A stretch of DNA of 64,000 nucleotides from an uncultured Acidobacteriota bacterium. Lineage in GTDB: Bacteria; Acidobacteriota; Thermoanaerobaculia; Gp7-AA8. Shown in pieces: positions 1-8,659 of the stretch. Position 1 is the stretch's first letter, and each line of letters begins with the position of its first letter. The position numbers and the translations under genes were made by a program. The notes beneath the pieces were generated by a model that was not told where the DNA came from, ran no database searches, and worked only from the letters and a program-made list of their open reading frames with translations. The stretch is from contig CAWGHO010000001.1 in the NCBI GenBank assembly GCA_963822445.1, positions 736,001 through 800,000 of the forward strand, in the 5' to 3' direction.

Positions 1-89
1 ATGTCGTCCGGCCGCGTGGTGCGCAAGGAACCTTTTGGCGCTTTTCCGACCGCGGTGCGCAGGCCGGCAACGATGACTGCTTCGTTCAT
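1..89 (-). CDS. fadA: Acetyl-CoA C-acyltransferase (thiolase), N-terminal part; continues past window edge
   Basis: Manual translation [29 protein letters not shown] matches the thiolase N-terminal pattern; downstream of the FadB-like gene. Confidence 0.85.
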   Translation of the reverse strand, partial: MNEAVIVAGLRTAVGKAPKGSLRTTRPDD

Positions 90-91
90 CT

Positions 92-529
92 TCAGGTCTC
101 CTTGAAAAGAATGCAGGTAGCGGTGCCGTGCGCGTAGAGCTTGCCGTTCGCATCGACGATGCGGCCTTCCGCGGTGGCCGTTCGCGATCCGGCGTGAATG
201 ACATTGCCGGTGCAGGTCAGCAGCCCGGCCTGACGGGTGATGGCGCGGACGAAATTGATCTTCATTTCCAGGGTCGTGAAGATCTTGCCCGCGGGCATGG
301 CCGTGACGACCGCGCACGCGAGCGCGCTGTCGAGGAGCGTGGCCGCGAACCCGCCGTGCGCGATGCCGAGGCCGTTTTCGTGCTCAGGCCGCACCTCGCC
401 GACGATGGTCACGCGGCCCTGCTCCACTTCGGTCATGCGCATTCCGAGCAGCCGGGCCATCGGCGCACCGGCGATCTCGCCGTTGGCGACGCGGCGCATG
501 TAGTCGAGTCCGGAGAGGCCGTCTTTCAT
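92..529 (-). CDS. PaaI family (hot-dog fold) thioesterase
   Basis: C-terminal 145 aa of ORF 92..2704 from [10 protein letters not shown]; [16 protein letters not shown] motif; TTLEMKINF. Confidence 0.9.
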   Translation of the reverse strand: MKDGLSGLDYMRRVANGEIAGAPMARLLGMRMTEVEQGRVTIVGEVRPEHENGLGIAHGGFAATLLDSALACAVVTAMPAGKIFTTLEMKINFVRAITRQAGLLTCTGNVIHAGSRTATAEGRIVDANGKLYAHGTATCILFKET

Positions 530-540
530 GGTGTTTGTCG

Positions 541-638
541 TGTCATCCCGAGCGAAGTCGAGGGACCTGGAGCTCGGGTGGTGGCACGCCTCTCGATCCA
601 CCCGGCCACCAGGTCCCTCGACTTCGCTCGGGATGACA
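541..638. repeat. REP-like palindromic element (TGTCATCCCGAGCGAAGTCGAGGGA family)
   Basis: Perfect 30-bp inverted repeat, 541-570 vs 609-638, with a 38-bp spacer, intergenic. Confidence 0.85.
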
Positions 639-642
639 TCAA

Positions 643-2916
643 TTAATTCCTCAACGGTTTCCCACTCTGCAGCATGTACTGAATCCGCTCCATCGTCTTC
701 GGTTGCGCGAGCAACTCCACGAACACTTCGCGCTCGAGATCGAGAAAGTGCTGTTCGTCGACCCATTGCCCGGCGGACAGATCGCCGCCGCACAGCACGT
801 GGGCGAGCTTGCCGCTGAGGAACGCGTCGTATTCGCTGATGTAGCCGCCCTGCTGCAGCACGTAAATGCTGGCCTTGACCGCGGCGCGCACGTCGCGGCC
901 CGCGGCGTAGCAGTTGCGATCGCGATTCGGTGGCACGTAATCGTCCGCGAGGGCGAGCACTTCCTGTTTCGCCTCGTGCAGCAGGTGATCGCGATTCATG
1001 ACGATGCGATCGGTGTCGCTCAGGAAACCGAACGACCGCGCCTCCGCGGCACTCGATGACACCTTCGCCGCACCGACGACCTGCATCAAGTCGCCGATGA
1101 TCGGGACGGCGTCGACGGGCACTTTCTTCATCGCGCGGCGAACCATTTCCTTGCACCCGCCGGCGCCCGGAATCAGTCCGACTCCGACTTCGACGAGCCC
1201 CATGTACGTTTCCGCGGCCGCGACGATGCGTGCGCCGGCCATCGCCACCTCCGCACCGCCACCCAGCGTGCGCCCGAACGGCGCGGTCACGACCGGCTTC
1301 GCGCAGAAGCGGACGCGCATCAGCGCATCCTGCATGCCTTTCACGGCATCGTTCGGATCGCCGGCCAGGCCGCCGGCGAGATTCGCGCCGACGCAGAAAT
1401 CGCCGCCGTCGTTGCCGATGACCAGGCCCTTCCAGTTGCCGCGTTCCACTTCGTCGACGGAGTCGTTCAGCATCTGCCGGATGTCGCCGTCGAGCGTGTT
1501 CATCTTCGTGTGGAACTCGAGGCACAACACGCCGTCGCCGAGGTCGCGCAGGCTCGCGCCTTTGTTCTCTTTGACGACCGGCTGGTCCTTGATGCTGATT
1601 GCGCGCGGATCTTTCGGAATCGCGACGTACGACTTCGACGCGGGGTCGTACACCGAGCCGTCGCGATAAAACGACTCGTTGCCGGCGGCGAGCATTTCCT
1701 TCACCCAAGGCGCGACTTCGACGCCGTGCGCTTCCATCGCACCGGCGGTTCCCTCGACGCCGAGCGCATCCCACAGTTCGAAGGGTCCGAGGTCGTGCGA
1801 GAAGCCCCAGCGCACGGCGCTGTCGATGCTCACCAGATCGTCGCTGATCTCCGGCACGCGCCGCGCCGCGTAGCCGAACGCGTTGTAAACGACGTGACGC
1901 GCGAGGTTGCCGGCCTTGTCGGTCTGCTGCAGCACGAACTGCAATCGCTCCGGCAGCTTCTTGATCTTCGACGCTTCGGCCAGCGAGCGGATCTCCGGCT
2001 CGCGCCGCTCGCGATACTCGCCCGTCTCCAGGTCGAGAGTCTGAATGCTCTTGCGATCCTTCTTGTAGAAGCCCTGCTGGGTCTTGTCGCCGAGGCGGCC
2101 TTTTTCTTTCTGCGTGGCGAACAGGTTCTGCAGGCGCGGCGACATGAGCACGTCGCGCGACTCGTCCCCTTCGATCAGCTCGTACAGATTCGTCGCGACG
2201 GAGCTCGAAACATCGAGGCCGACCAGATCCTGCAAGCGGAACGAGGCCGTTTTCGGCCGCCCGATGAGCGGACCGACGATCGCGTCGGTCTCTTCGATCG
2301 TGTAGCCATGCTCGAGCGCGAAATCGGTCACCTGCGCGCCGCCGATCGAGGCCAGGCGGTTGGCGATGAAGTTCGGCGTGTCCTTGCAGAGCACGACCGA
2401 CTTGCCGAGGCGGTGCTCGGCGAACTCGCGAACGAACGCGACGACGTCGGGCGACGTCCGCGGCGTCGGAATGACTTCGAGCAATTTCATGTACCGCGGC
2501 GGATTGAAAAAGTGCGTGCCGAGGAAGTGCTTCTGAAAGTCTTCGGAGGCCTGCGATGCGATCTGCGAGATGGGCAGCCCTGAGGTGTTGCTGGAGATGA
2601 TGCTGTTCGGCTTGCGCAGACGATCGATGCGCGCGACGAGCTCGCGCTTGGCGTCGAGGTTCTCGATGATGGCCTCGATGATCCAGTCCCCCTCGGCCAG
2701 CCACTCTTCGTGTTCGTCGAGCTTGCCGGCAGTGATGAGGTACGCGGTTTCGGGAGTGTGAAACGGCGGCGGCTTGTGCGCTTTGATCTTGTTGAGCGGA
2801 GGCTCGATGACGTCGAGGAGGTAGACCGGAATCCCGGCATTTGCGAAATGGGCGGCGATGCCTCCACCCATCGTGCCGGAGCCGATGACGACGGCGCGCG
2901 CGATCGTTCTAGGCAT
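643..2916 (-). CDS. 3-hydroxyacyl-CoA dehydrogenase/enoyl-CoA hydratase (FadB/FadN type)
   Basis: GSGTMGGGIA Rossmann motif, SSNTSGL, GTHFFNPPRYMKLLE, C-terminal crotonase domain (LGGGAE, MGLVEVGVGLIP). Confidence 0.95.
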   Translation of the reverse strand: MPRTIARAVVIGSGTMGGGIAAHFANAGIPVYLLDVIEPPLNKIKAHKPPPFHTPETAYLITAGKLDEHEEWLAEGDWIIEAIIENLDAKRELVARIDRLRKPNSIISSNTSGLPISQIASQASEDFQKHFLGTHFFNPPRYMKLLEVIPTPRTSPDVVAFVREFAEHRLGKSVVLCKDTPNFIANRLASIGGAQVTDFALEHGYTIEETDAIVGPLIGRPKTASFRLQDLVGLDVSSSVATNLYELIEGDESRDVLMSPRLQNLFATQKEKGRLGDKTQQGFYKKDRKSIQTLDLETGEYRERREPEIRSLAEASKIKKLPERLQFVLQQTDKAGNLARHVVYNAFGYAARRVPEISDDLVSIDSAVRWGFSHDLGPFELWDALGVEGTAGAMEAHGVEVAPWVKEMLAAGNESFYRDGSVYDPASKSYVAIPKDPRAISIKDQPVVKENKGASLRDLGDGVLCLEFHTKMNTLDGDIRQMLNDSVDEVERGNWKGLVIGNDGGDFCVGANLAGGLAGDPNDAVKGMQDALMRVRFCAKPVVTAPFGRTLGGGAEVAMAGARIVAAAETYMGLVEVGVGLIPGAGGCKEMVRRAMKKVPVDAVPIIGDLMQVVGAAKVSSSAAEARSFGFLSDTDRIVMNRDHLLHEAKQEVLALADDYVPPNRDRNCYAAGRDVRAAVKASIYVLQQGGYISEYDAFLSGKLAHVLCGGDLSAGQWVDEQHFLDLEREVFVELLAQPKTMERIQYMLQSGKPLRN

Positions 2917-2981
2917 GAGGAACCACCGGGAGGCCTCCGGCGGGCCGGCACGGCCGGCAGCGCTGGTGTTGGCGATTTTGC

Positions 2982-3755
2982 TCAGACAATCGTCCCTCCT
3001 CCATCGACTACGACCGTATGACCGGTGATGTAGCTGGAAGCGTCAGAAGCCAGGAACACGGCCACACCTTTCAGCTCACCGGGATCACCCACCCGTCCGA
3101 TCGGATTGCGGCGTTGAATCTCCGGCTCGACGTGCTTGATGACTGGATCGGCCAGACGCGAGTGAAAGAAGCCGGGGGCGATGGCGTTGACGCGGATTCC
3201 GCTCGGACCCCAGGTCGCGGCGAGCTCGCGGGTGAGGCCGATCAGCGCGGACTTGCTCGCCACGTAACCGGCGAAATGTGGGCCGTGCGTCGCCGAACGC
3301 AGACCGGCGACCGAAGCGATGTTGATGATCACGCCGGACTTCGCTTCGAGCATCACCCGTCCGGCGGCCTGGGCGAAGAGGAACGCGCCGGTGAGATTCG
3401 TGTCGAGCACGCTCTTCCACTTTTCGAGCGACATCGTCTCCGGCCGCTCGCCCCAGGAAATGCCGGCGTTGTTGATGAGGATGTCGATGCGGCCGTAGAT
3501 CGCGACCGTGTCTTTGACCACGCTCTCGACCTGCTGCGGATCGGTGACGTCGCAGACCCGCCCTTCGACGCGATAACCGCGGCCGCGCAGTTCCTCGAGC
3601 GTCGGCGTCAGCCACTGCTCGCGTCGCGCGCAAAGCATCAGCGCCGCGCCGGCCTCCGCCAGTCCTTCGGCGAATTCCTGGCCGAGGCCGCGCGAGCCTC
3701 CGGTGATGATCGCGACGCGGTTGGAAAGGTCGAAGAGCTCCTGGACTGGCCTCAT
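2982..3755 (-). CDS. Short-chain dehydrogenase/reductase (gluconate 5-dehydrogenase-like)
   Basis: TGGSRGLG, NNAG, YVASK, NAIAPG motifs. Confidence 0.92.
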   Translation of the reverse strand: MRPVQELFDLSNRVAIITGGSRGLGQEFAEGLAEAGAALMLCARREQWLTPTLEELRGRGYRVEGRVCDVTDPQQVESVVKDTVAIYGRIDILINNAGISWGERPETMSLEKWKSVLDTNLTGAFLFAQAAGRVMLEAKSGVIINIASVAGLRSATHGPHFAGYVASKSALIGLTRELAATWGPSGIRVNAIAPGFFHSRLADPVIKHVEPEIQRRNPIGRVGDPGELKGVAVFLASDASSYITGHTVVVDGGGTIV

Positions 3756-3778
3756 CGAGGCCGGATCATCGCACTGAT

Positions 3779-4423
3779 TCAGCGCCTTGCGTCATTGGCC
3801 CGTTCAATCAGCGTTTCGAGCGGTTTTTCGACCCGCTCGGCCATGACGTCGTACCCGCGGGCATTCGGGTGGATCTCGTCGCTCTTCAAGGTCTGGTTGC
3901 TGAGGATTCCGTCCATGAGGTCGGGGATCAGCAGACATTTCGTGTCATCGGCGACGCGCTCGTACATCGACTCGTAACTCGGGCCGAGGCTGGGAAACCG
4001 GAAGCCGAGCAGGACCACCATCGCTCCCTGCTGCTGGATTCGGCGCACGATCGCGCGCAGATTCCGCTCCGTGTCGGCGATGGGCATGCGACGGAGAAAG
4101 TCGTTGCCGCCGAGGCCGACGATGACGATTCGCGGGTCGTGGGCGATGACGTCGGATTCGATCCGCGCCAACGCGGACTCGGTCGTATCGCCGCTCACGC
4201 CGGCGTTGAGAATCTCGACGCCGGCGCGCTGGGCTAGTCGCGATGGGTAATCCTCGCCCGCGCCTGCGCCGACTCCCGAGGTGAGTGAGTCTCCGAACGC
4301 GATGACGGCGGTGCCGCGGGAGTCGAGATTGGTGACCTTGCCGCCCGGCCAGAACAGCAGGACGAGTGCGATCACGACCGCGCCGAGGCCGGCGCCGATG
4401 GCGAGCGGTGGAGGCCGGCGCAC
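3779..4423 (-). CDS. GDSL/SGNH arylesterase (TesA-like), membrane-anchored
   Basis: FGDSLT, NAGVSGDT, GGND, DEIHPN blocks; N-terminal hydrophobic helix. Confidence 0.9.
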   Translation of the reverse strand: MRRPPPLAIGAGLGAVVIALVLLFWPGGKVTNLDSRGTAVIAFGDSLTSGVGAGAGEDYPSRLAQRAGVEILNAGVSGDTTESALARIESDVIAHDPRIVIVGLGGNDFLRRMPIADTERNLRAIVRRIQQQGAMVVLLGFRFPSLGPSYESMYERVADDTKCLLIPDLMDGILSNQTLKSDEIHPNARGYDVMAERVEKPLETLIERANDARR

Positions 4424-4452
4424 CGGCGGACTCGGACGCTTCGGCGCGGCTT

Positions 4453-5985
4453 TCAGTTGGCCGGCTCCGGTTTATTGATCTGCGCCGCGAGCCGCATCGC
4501 ATTCCGGCGGCCGGGCGCATCGCGAAGGACGAGGTTCAACTCGGCGATCGCGTCCTCCTTCTTCCCGTTCTCGAGCAGCAACTCCGCGAGCAGCTCGCGC
4601 GCGGGAACGATCGCGCCGGGAGTGACCGGGTGCTTGTCCGTGGAAGCCTCGAGATCCGCCGCGGTGCGCATCAGCTTGAGGGCCTGTTCGTCGTTTCGTT
4701 CCGCGCGTGCAAGCCACGCGGCGACGGCGAGGCGCTGCACTTCGACCTGATCGGCCCAGTAGGTGTTTTTCTGATCGATCAGCGTCTCGCGGATGGCGGC
4801 CAGCCTGCGCAGCGCTTCGCGGGCGACAGGAATCTGTCCCGATCGCGCCGCACCGATGCCGCGAGCGAAATGGATGTTGGCCTCGGCATACGGAACCTTG
4901 TCCCACTTGACCACGCCCGGCACGGTGAGCGCGGCCGCTTCTTTCCACTGACGGCGCTCGAGTGCGTAACGTCCCGGCACCGCGCTCACGGCGAAGGCCG
5001 CGGCGAACTGCGCGGGATTGTCGATCTTGGTGACCGCCGCGAGCTTCTCTGTGAGCTTCCGCGCGTCGTCGATCTTGCCTTGCTGCAGGTAGGCGTAGAC
5101 GAGGTAGTCGATGGCGTGCAACTCGTCGAAGGAGGCCGCGCCGGGCATGAACGTCGAGACGTAGTTGCGTGCTTTTTCGGCCGAGGCGAGATTCGAAGCG
5201 ATCGATTCGTCCCAGAGTCCGAGGCGCGTGAAGATGTGCGAGGGCATGTGCAGCGCGTGCGGAGAGCCGGGCGCGAGCTTCGCGTAAACGCGCGCGGCGG
5301 GAAGTGCCAGTGCGGCGAGCTCGGGGTAGTCGAAGCTGTGAATGAGGTAGTGCGCGACGCCCGGATGCTCCGGCTCCTGAGGCAGTACGCGATTGAGAAT
5401 CTCCGCGGCCTTCTTCTGATGGGCGTAGGTCTTGTCGCTCGGCTGGGCGATGCCGAGGAGCGCCAAGGCGTGGAAGATCGCCGCTTCGCGATCTTTCGGA
5501 TGATCGCCCTCGAGCGCAGCCATCGCTTTCTCATACGCGGTCATTCGCGACTTGTGATCGAGCTTGTCCGAGTCGGCGTAGAACGTGGCGATCGCGGCGA
5601 TGAAGGTCTTCTCGCGATCGGTTTTCGCGCCGACCTTGATCGCGCGCTCGGCTGCTTCCCGGCCCGTCTTCAGTTCATCCGGCGTGGGCGGGGCCCAGAT
5701 CGGATGGAGATTGGACATGGCCACTCCCCACCAGGCCATGCCGCAATCGGCGTCGGCCGCTGCGGCCCGGCGAAAGGACTTCTCGGCCTCCGCGTACCAG
5801 AACGAGTGAATGAGCGCGACTCCGCGATCGATCTCCTTGCGTGCCGCCTCGTTGCACGACGTCTCGATGTGGGCCTTTCCGATGTTGCCGAGGTCCGGGG
5901 CAGCGTGATCGTGATCGTCGTGGGAATGACCCTGCGCGAAGAGGGAGAGCGGGGCGGAAAGTACGAGCGCGAGCAGCGTGCGCAT
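4453..5985 (-). CDS. Secreted TPR-repeat protein
   Basis: Signal peptide, His-rich N-terminus, helical repeats (HPGVAHYLIH, HALHMPSHIF); GGAGG RBS. Confidence 0.8.
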   Translation of the reverse strand: MRTLLALVLSAPLSLFAQGHSHDDHDHAAPDLGNIGKAHIETSCNEAARKEIDRGVALIHSFWYAEAEKSFRRAAAADADCGMAWWGVAMSNLHPIWAPPTPDELKTGREAAERAIKVGAKTDREKTFIAAIATFYADSDKLDHKSRMTAYEKAMAALEGDHPKDREAAIFHALALLGIAQPSDKTYAHQKKAAEILNRVLPQEPEHPGVAHYLIHSFDYPELAALALPAARVYAKLAPGSPHALHMPSHIFTRLGLWDESIASNLASAEKARNYVSTFMPGAASFDELHAIDYLVYAYLQQGKIDDARKLTEKLAAVTKIDNPAQFAAAFAVSAVPGRYALERRQWKEAAALTVPGVVKWDKVPYAEANIHFARGIGAARSGQIPVAREALRRLAAIRETLIDQKNTYWADQVEVQRLAVAAWLARAERNDEQALKLMRTAADLEASTDKHPVTPGAIVPARELLAELLLENGKKEDAIAELNLVLRDAPGRRNAMRLAAQINKPEPAN

Positions 5986-6099
5986 GACGGGCCTCCTTTG
6001 TTGCGAGGGGAAAGTCTAGCGCCGAAACGCGGGCGGAAATCAAAATCCGGTAGGGGAAACGCGGAGTGAAGACCCTCCTATCCAGAGAGGGAATCAGAC

Positions 6100-8628
6100 A
6101 TGCGTCCGTTTGTCGTTGGGTTGATCTTCATCGCCACTGCCCTTCCACTGTTTGCCCAGCCAGCCACTCCCCCGGCGCCGACATTTCCCAAGCCGCTGGT
6201 CGACTCCGTAAAAATCGAGCGTGACGCCACGGCATTCTTCGTGATCGACGGCGGCGGGCTCGTTGCCGGGCTGGCCGGTCAACGGGTCAGGGACAACATC
6301 TGCTTTCCCGAGCGCAAAGACGCGCCGTCGTTCTCGTTCGACACCACGATCCGGCAGGGCTGGACGGTGCGTCTCGTGCCGCAGGATCCCGCCGATCTCG
6401 CGCCCGGATGCCACAACCTTCAGTGCTCGCGGACGCTGCAGCAACTGAAAGCCAATGACCTCTGCGATCTCTCGCCGGCCGGGTCGGGGCCGTGCATCAC
6501 CTCGACGAGAGCACTCGGCGCCTGCTTCGGTCCCGAATGCGACGCCCTGCGCGCCAACTGCAAGCTCGAGGGCAATCCGCGGACCTGCACGCTCGCGGTG
6601 GAAGACATCAAGGCAGCGTGTGACTCCAGGCGTTGCGGCACGGCCAAACCAATCCTCTTCCCTGACCGCCAGCTGGAACCGGGCGAACGAGCCTCGGTTT
6701 CGTTCCCGCCGGAATCTCTGGGAAAACCGCCATACCACTTCATCGTCGAGGGAGAGAACGGCGAGGTCTACGAGGTCACCGTCGCGAACGGCGGAGCGGC
6801 GTGCACGGACCTGATCCCGGAGACCACCACCGTCGAAGAAGTGGTGGTCATCCCTCTCGACAACACCGGCGTGGCGAGCTGGCTTTATCTCAACCCGATC
6901 AACCCGGCATGCATGACCTGCGACAACAGCGCGATGCGCCCGCTCGCGTTCGAAAACCGCACCAGCGACCGGTCCTTCAGTGTCTCGATCGACTTCCCCG
7001 CCGCGGTCAGCCCGGCGCTGTTCGGCGAAGGCTGCAAGATCGACAAGGTCTGCAAGATCTCCCGGACGATTCCGCCGAACAACGCCACGATCTTCGACAA
7101 GAACGTCCTCGAGCTCGTGCCCAAGGGAACGCTGCTGAAATTCAAGGTGGCCTTTTCCGACGAGGTGGACAAAGTCTCCAACGCGACCGCGTACCTGAGA
7201 GTCTCGTCGGCCGACATCGAGGATCCGCCGGACGCGCTGGACACGAAGTTCGCGACGAAACTCGGTGCGGCGCTCGATCCCTTCATCGCCGCGGTTCCGG
7301 ACAAGTTCACCGACGTGGACGCGAACGGACTGGACGACGTGACCGGTTTCAAGCCTTGCTATCCCCCCGCAACGCCCGACAAGTTCGCGAAGGACGCGGA
7401 GCCCGCACTCTGCGTCGGCAACCGCGTCTACGGGGGCAAGTACGCGCGGCACTACACCGGCCTGGCCCGGATCGACCTGGCGAAGACGCTGGGCCGGCGC
7501 GCCGACATCAGCGCCTCGGTGAACTACCGCACCAGCGATTTCGGTGTCGACGATGGCAACGTCGTGAAGTTGAGCGAGTACGGCATCAACGTATTCGGCA
7601 CGAACGGGATCCACTTCCGCTTCGGCAGGACCACGTGGGCCAATCCCGCGAACTCGATCTCCATCTTCGAGAAGGGCGACGGCTATCGCTTCAACTACAA
7701 GTACGGCTCGATCACGCATGTCGTGAAACGCGAGAGTGCCAAGTCGCTGGCCGACGCCGACAACGATGACAGCCGCTCGATCATCGGACAGCTGAAATCG
7801 ATCCCGCTCAATCGCTGGCGCGGAAAGCCGAGCAATGTCCCCTTCTTCCGCGGATTGAAGCTCCTCGACGTGACGGCGGTCCGCGGCGAAGACAAGCTCA
7901 GTCACGTGTACCGGACGCTCGGTGCCGAGGTGTTCTACACCTTCAGAAGCCCGGAGAAGTATCCGTGGCTGGGAACGCTGACTGGAAGTGCCGCGGCATT
8001 CAAGAGCTCGCGCCACGCCACGACGACCACCGTGATTCTGCCTCGCCACGGCGAAGGCTGGGTGGGCTTGTTCACCGCGACCTGGATCGGCAAGACGCAA
8101 AAAGCGCCGGCAGGCGGTTTCGAACCGGTCCGCAGTTACACCGTGCAGTTCGGAAAGGGCTCCTCTGACGACACCGACACGGAAGACAAGAGCGAGGACT
8201 ACATCGGCGAGGCGCCTACGTTTTCCGGCGACACGCTGTTGATGTCGACCTTTGCCAGCAAGATCAACGCGAAGGGAAACACAATCCTCCAACCGAGCCT
8301 GGCCAACAAGCGCTACCTCGGCCTGCAGATCGTCGACAACACCTGGTCCCCGCTCGAGGAACTGGCCAAGGCCTTCCGTGTGGAAGCGGCGGTGAACAGC
8401 AAATCGACGACGCTGCGGATCCGGCAGTACAAGTTCGGCAGGCCGGTCTACGCGACCACTGAAAGCCGCGATGCGGTTAGCGAGTTTTCGGTGGAGTTCG
8501 CGATTGAAGTCCCGAAAGGCGTTCGAGTGACCGCAGGTACCGGCTACATGCACACCGGCAAGGGAATCGAGCCGGTGATCGAGAACGATGCCTGGGTGGT
8601 CTCGGCCGGTGTCTCGCTGACTCTCTAA
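6100..8628 (+). CDS. Hypothetical secreted protein: Cys-rich N-terminal half, probable outer-membrane beta-barrel C-terminal half
   Basis: 842-aa ORF, signal peptide, 18 Cys in first ~440 aa, amphipathic strands ending AWVVSAGVSLTL. Confidence 0.7.
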   Translation: MRPFVVGLIFIATALPLFAQPATPPAPTFPKPLVDSVKIERDATAFFVIDGGGLVAGLAGQRVRDNICFPERKDAPSFSFDTTIRQGWTVRLVPQDPADLAPGCHNLQCSRTLQQLKANDLCDLSPAGSGPCITSTRALGACFGPECDALRANCKLEGNPRTCTLAVEDIKAACDSRRCGTAKPILFPDRQLEPGERASVSFPPESLGKPPYHFIVEGENGEVYEVTVANGGAACTDLIPETTTVEEVVVIPLDNTGVASWLYLNPINPACMTCDNSAMRPLAFENRTSDRSFSVSIDFPAAVSPALFGEGCKIDKVCKISRTIPPNNATIFDKNVLELVPKGTLLKFKVAFSDEVDKVSNATAYLRVSSADIEDPPDALDTKFATKLGAALDPFIAAVPDKFTDVDANGLDDVTGFKPCYPPATPDKFAKDAEPALCVGNRVYGGKYARHYTGLARIDLAKTLGRRADISASVNYRTSDFGVDDGNVVKLSEYGINVFGTNGIHFRFGRTTWANPANSISIFEKGDGYRFNYKYGSITHVVKRESAKSLADADNDDSRSIIGQLKSIPLNRWRGKPSNVPFFRGLKLLDVTAVRGEDKLSHVYRTLGAEVFYTFRSPEKYPWLGTLTGSAAAFKSSRHATTTTVILPRHGEGWVGLFTATWIGKTQKAPAGGFEPVRSYTVQFGKGSSDDTDTEDKSEDYIGEAPTFSGDTLLMSTFASKINAKGNTILQPSLANKRYLGLQIVDNTWSPLEELAKAFRVEAAVNSKSTTLRIRQYKFGRPVYATTESRDAVSEFSVEFAIEVPKGVRVTAGTGYMHTGKGIEPVIENDAWVVSAGVSLTL

Positions 8629-8659
8629 AACGAAACGACGATCGACAACAGGAGGAATC

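Noticed and set aside
92-2704. 870-aa ORF suggesting a long thioesterase fusion
   Set aside because: The first ~725 aa are an Arg-rich shadow frame of fadB plus the translated REP; only 92..529 is protein-like
2920-2975. GC-rich short palindromes (ggaggcctcc, gccggc..gccggc) as another REP
   Set aside because: Too short and degenerate in high-GC DNA to support
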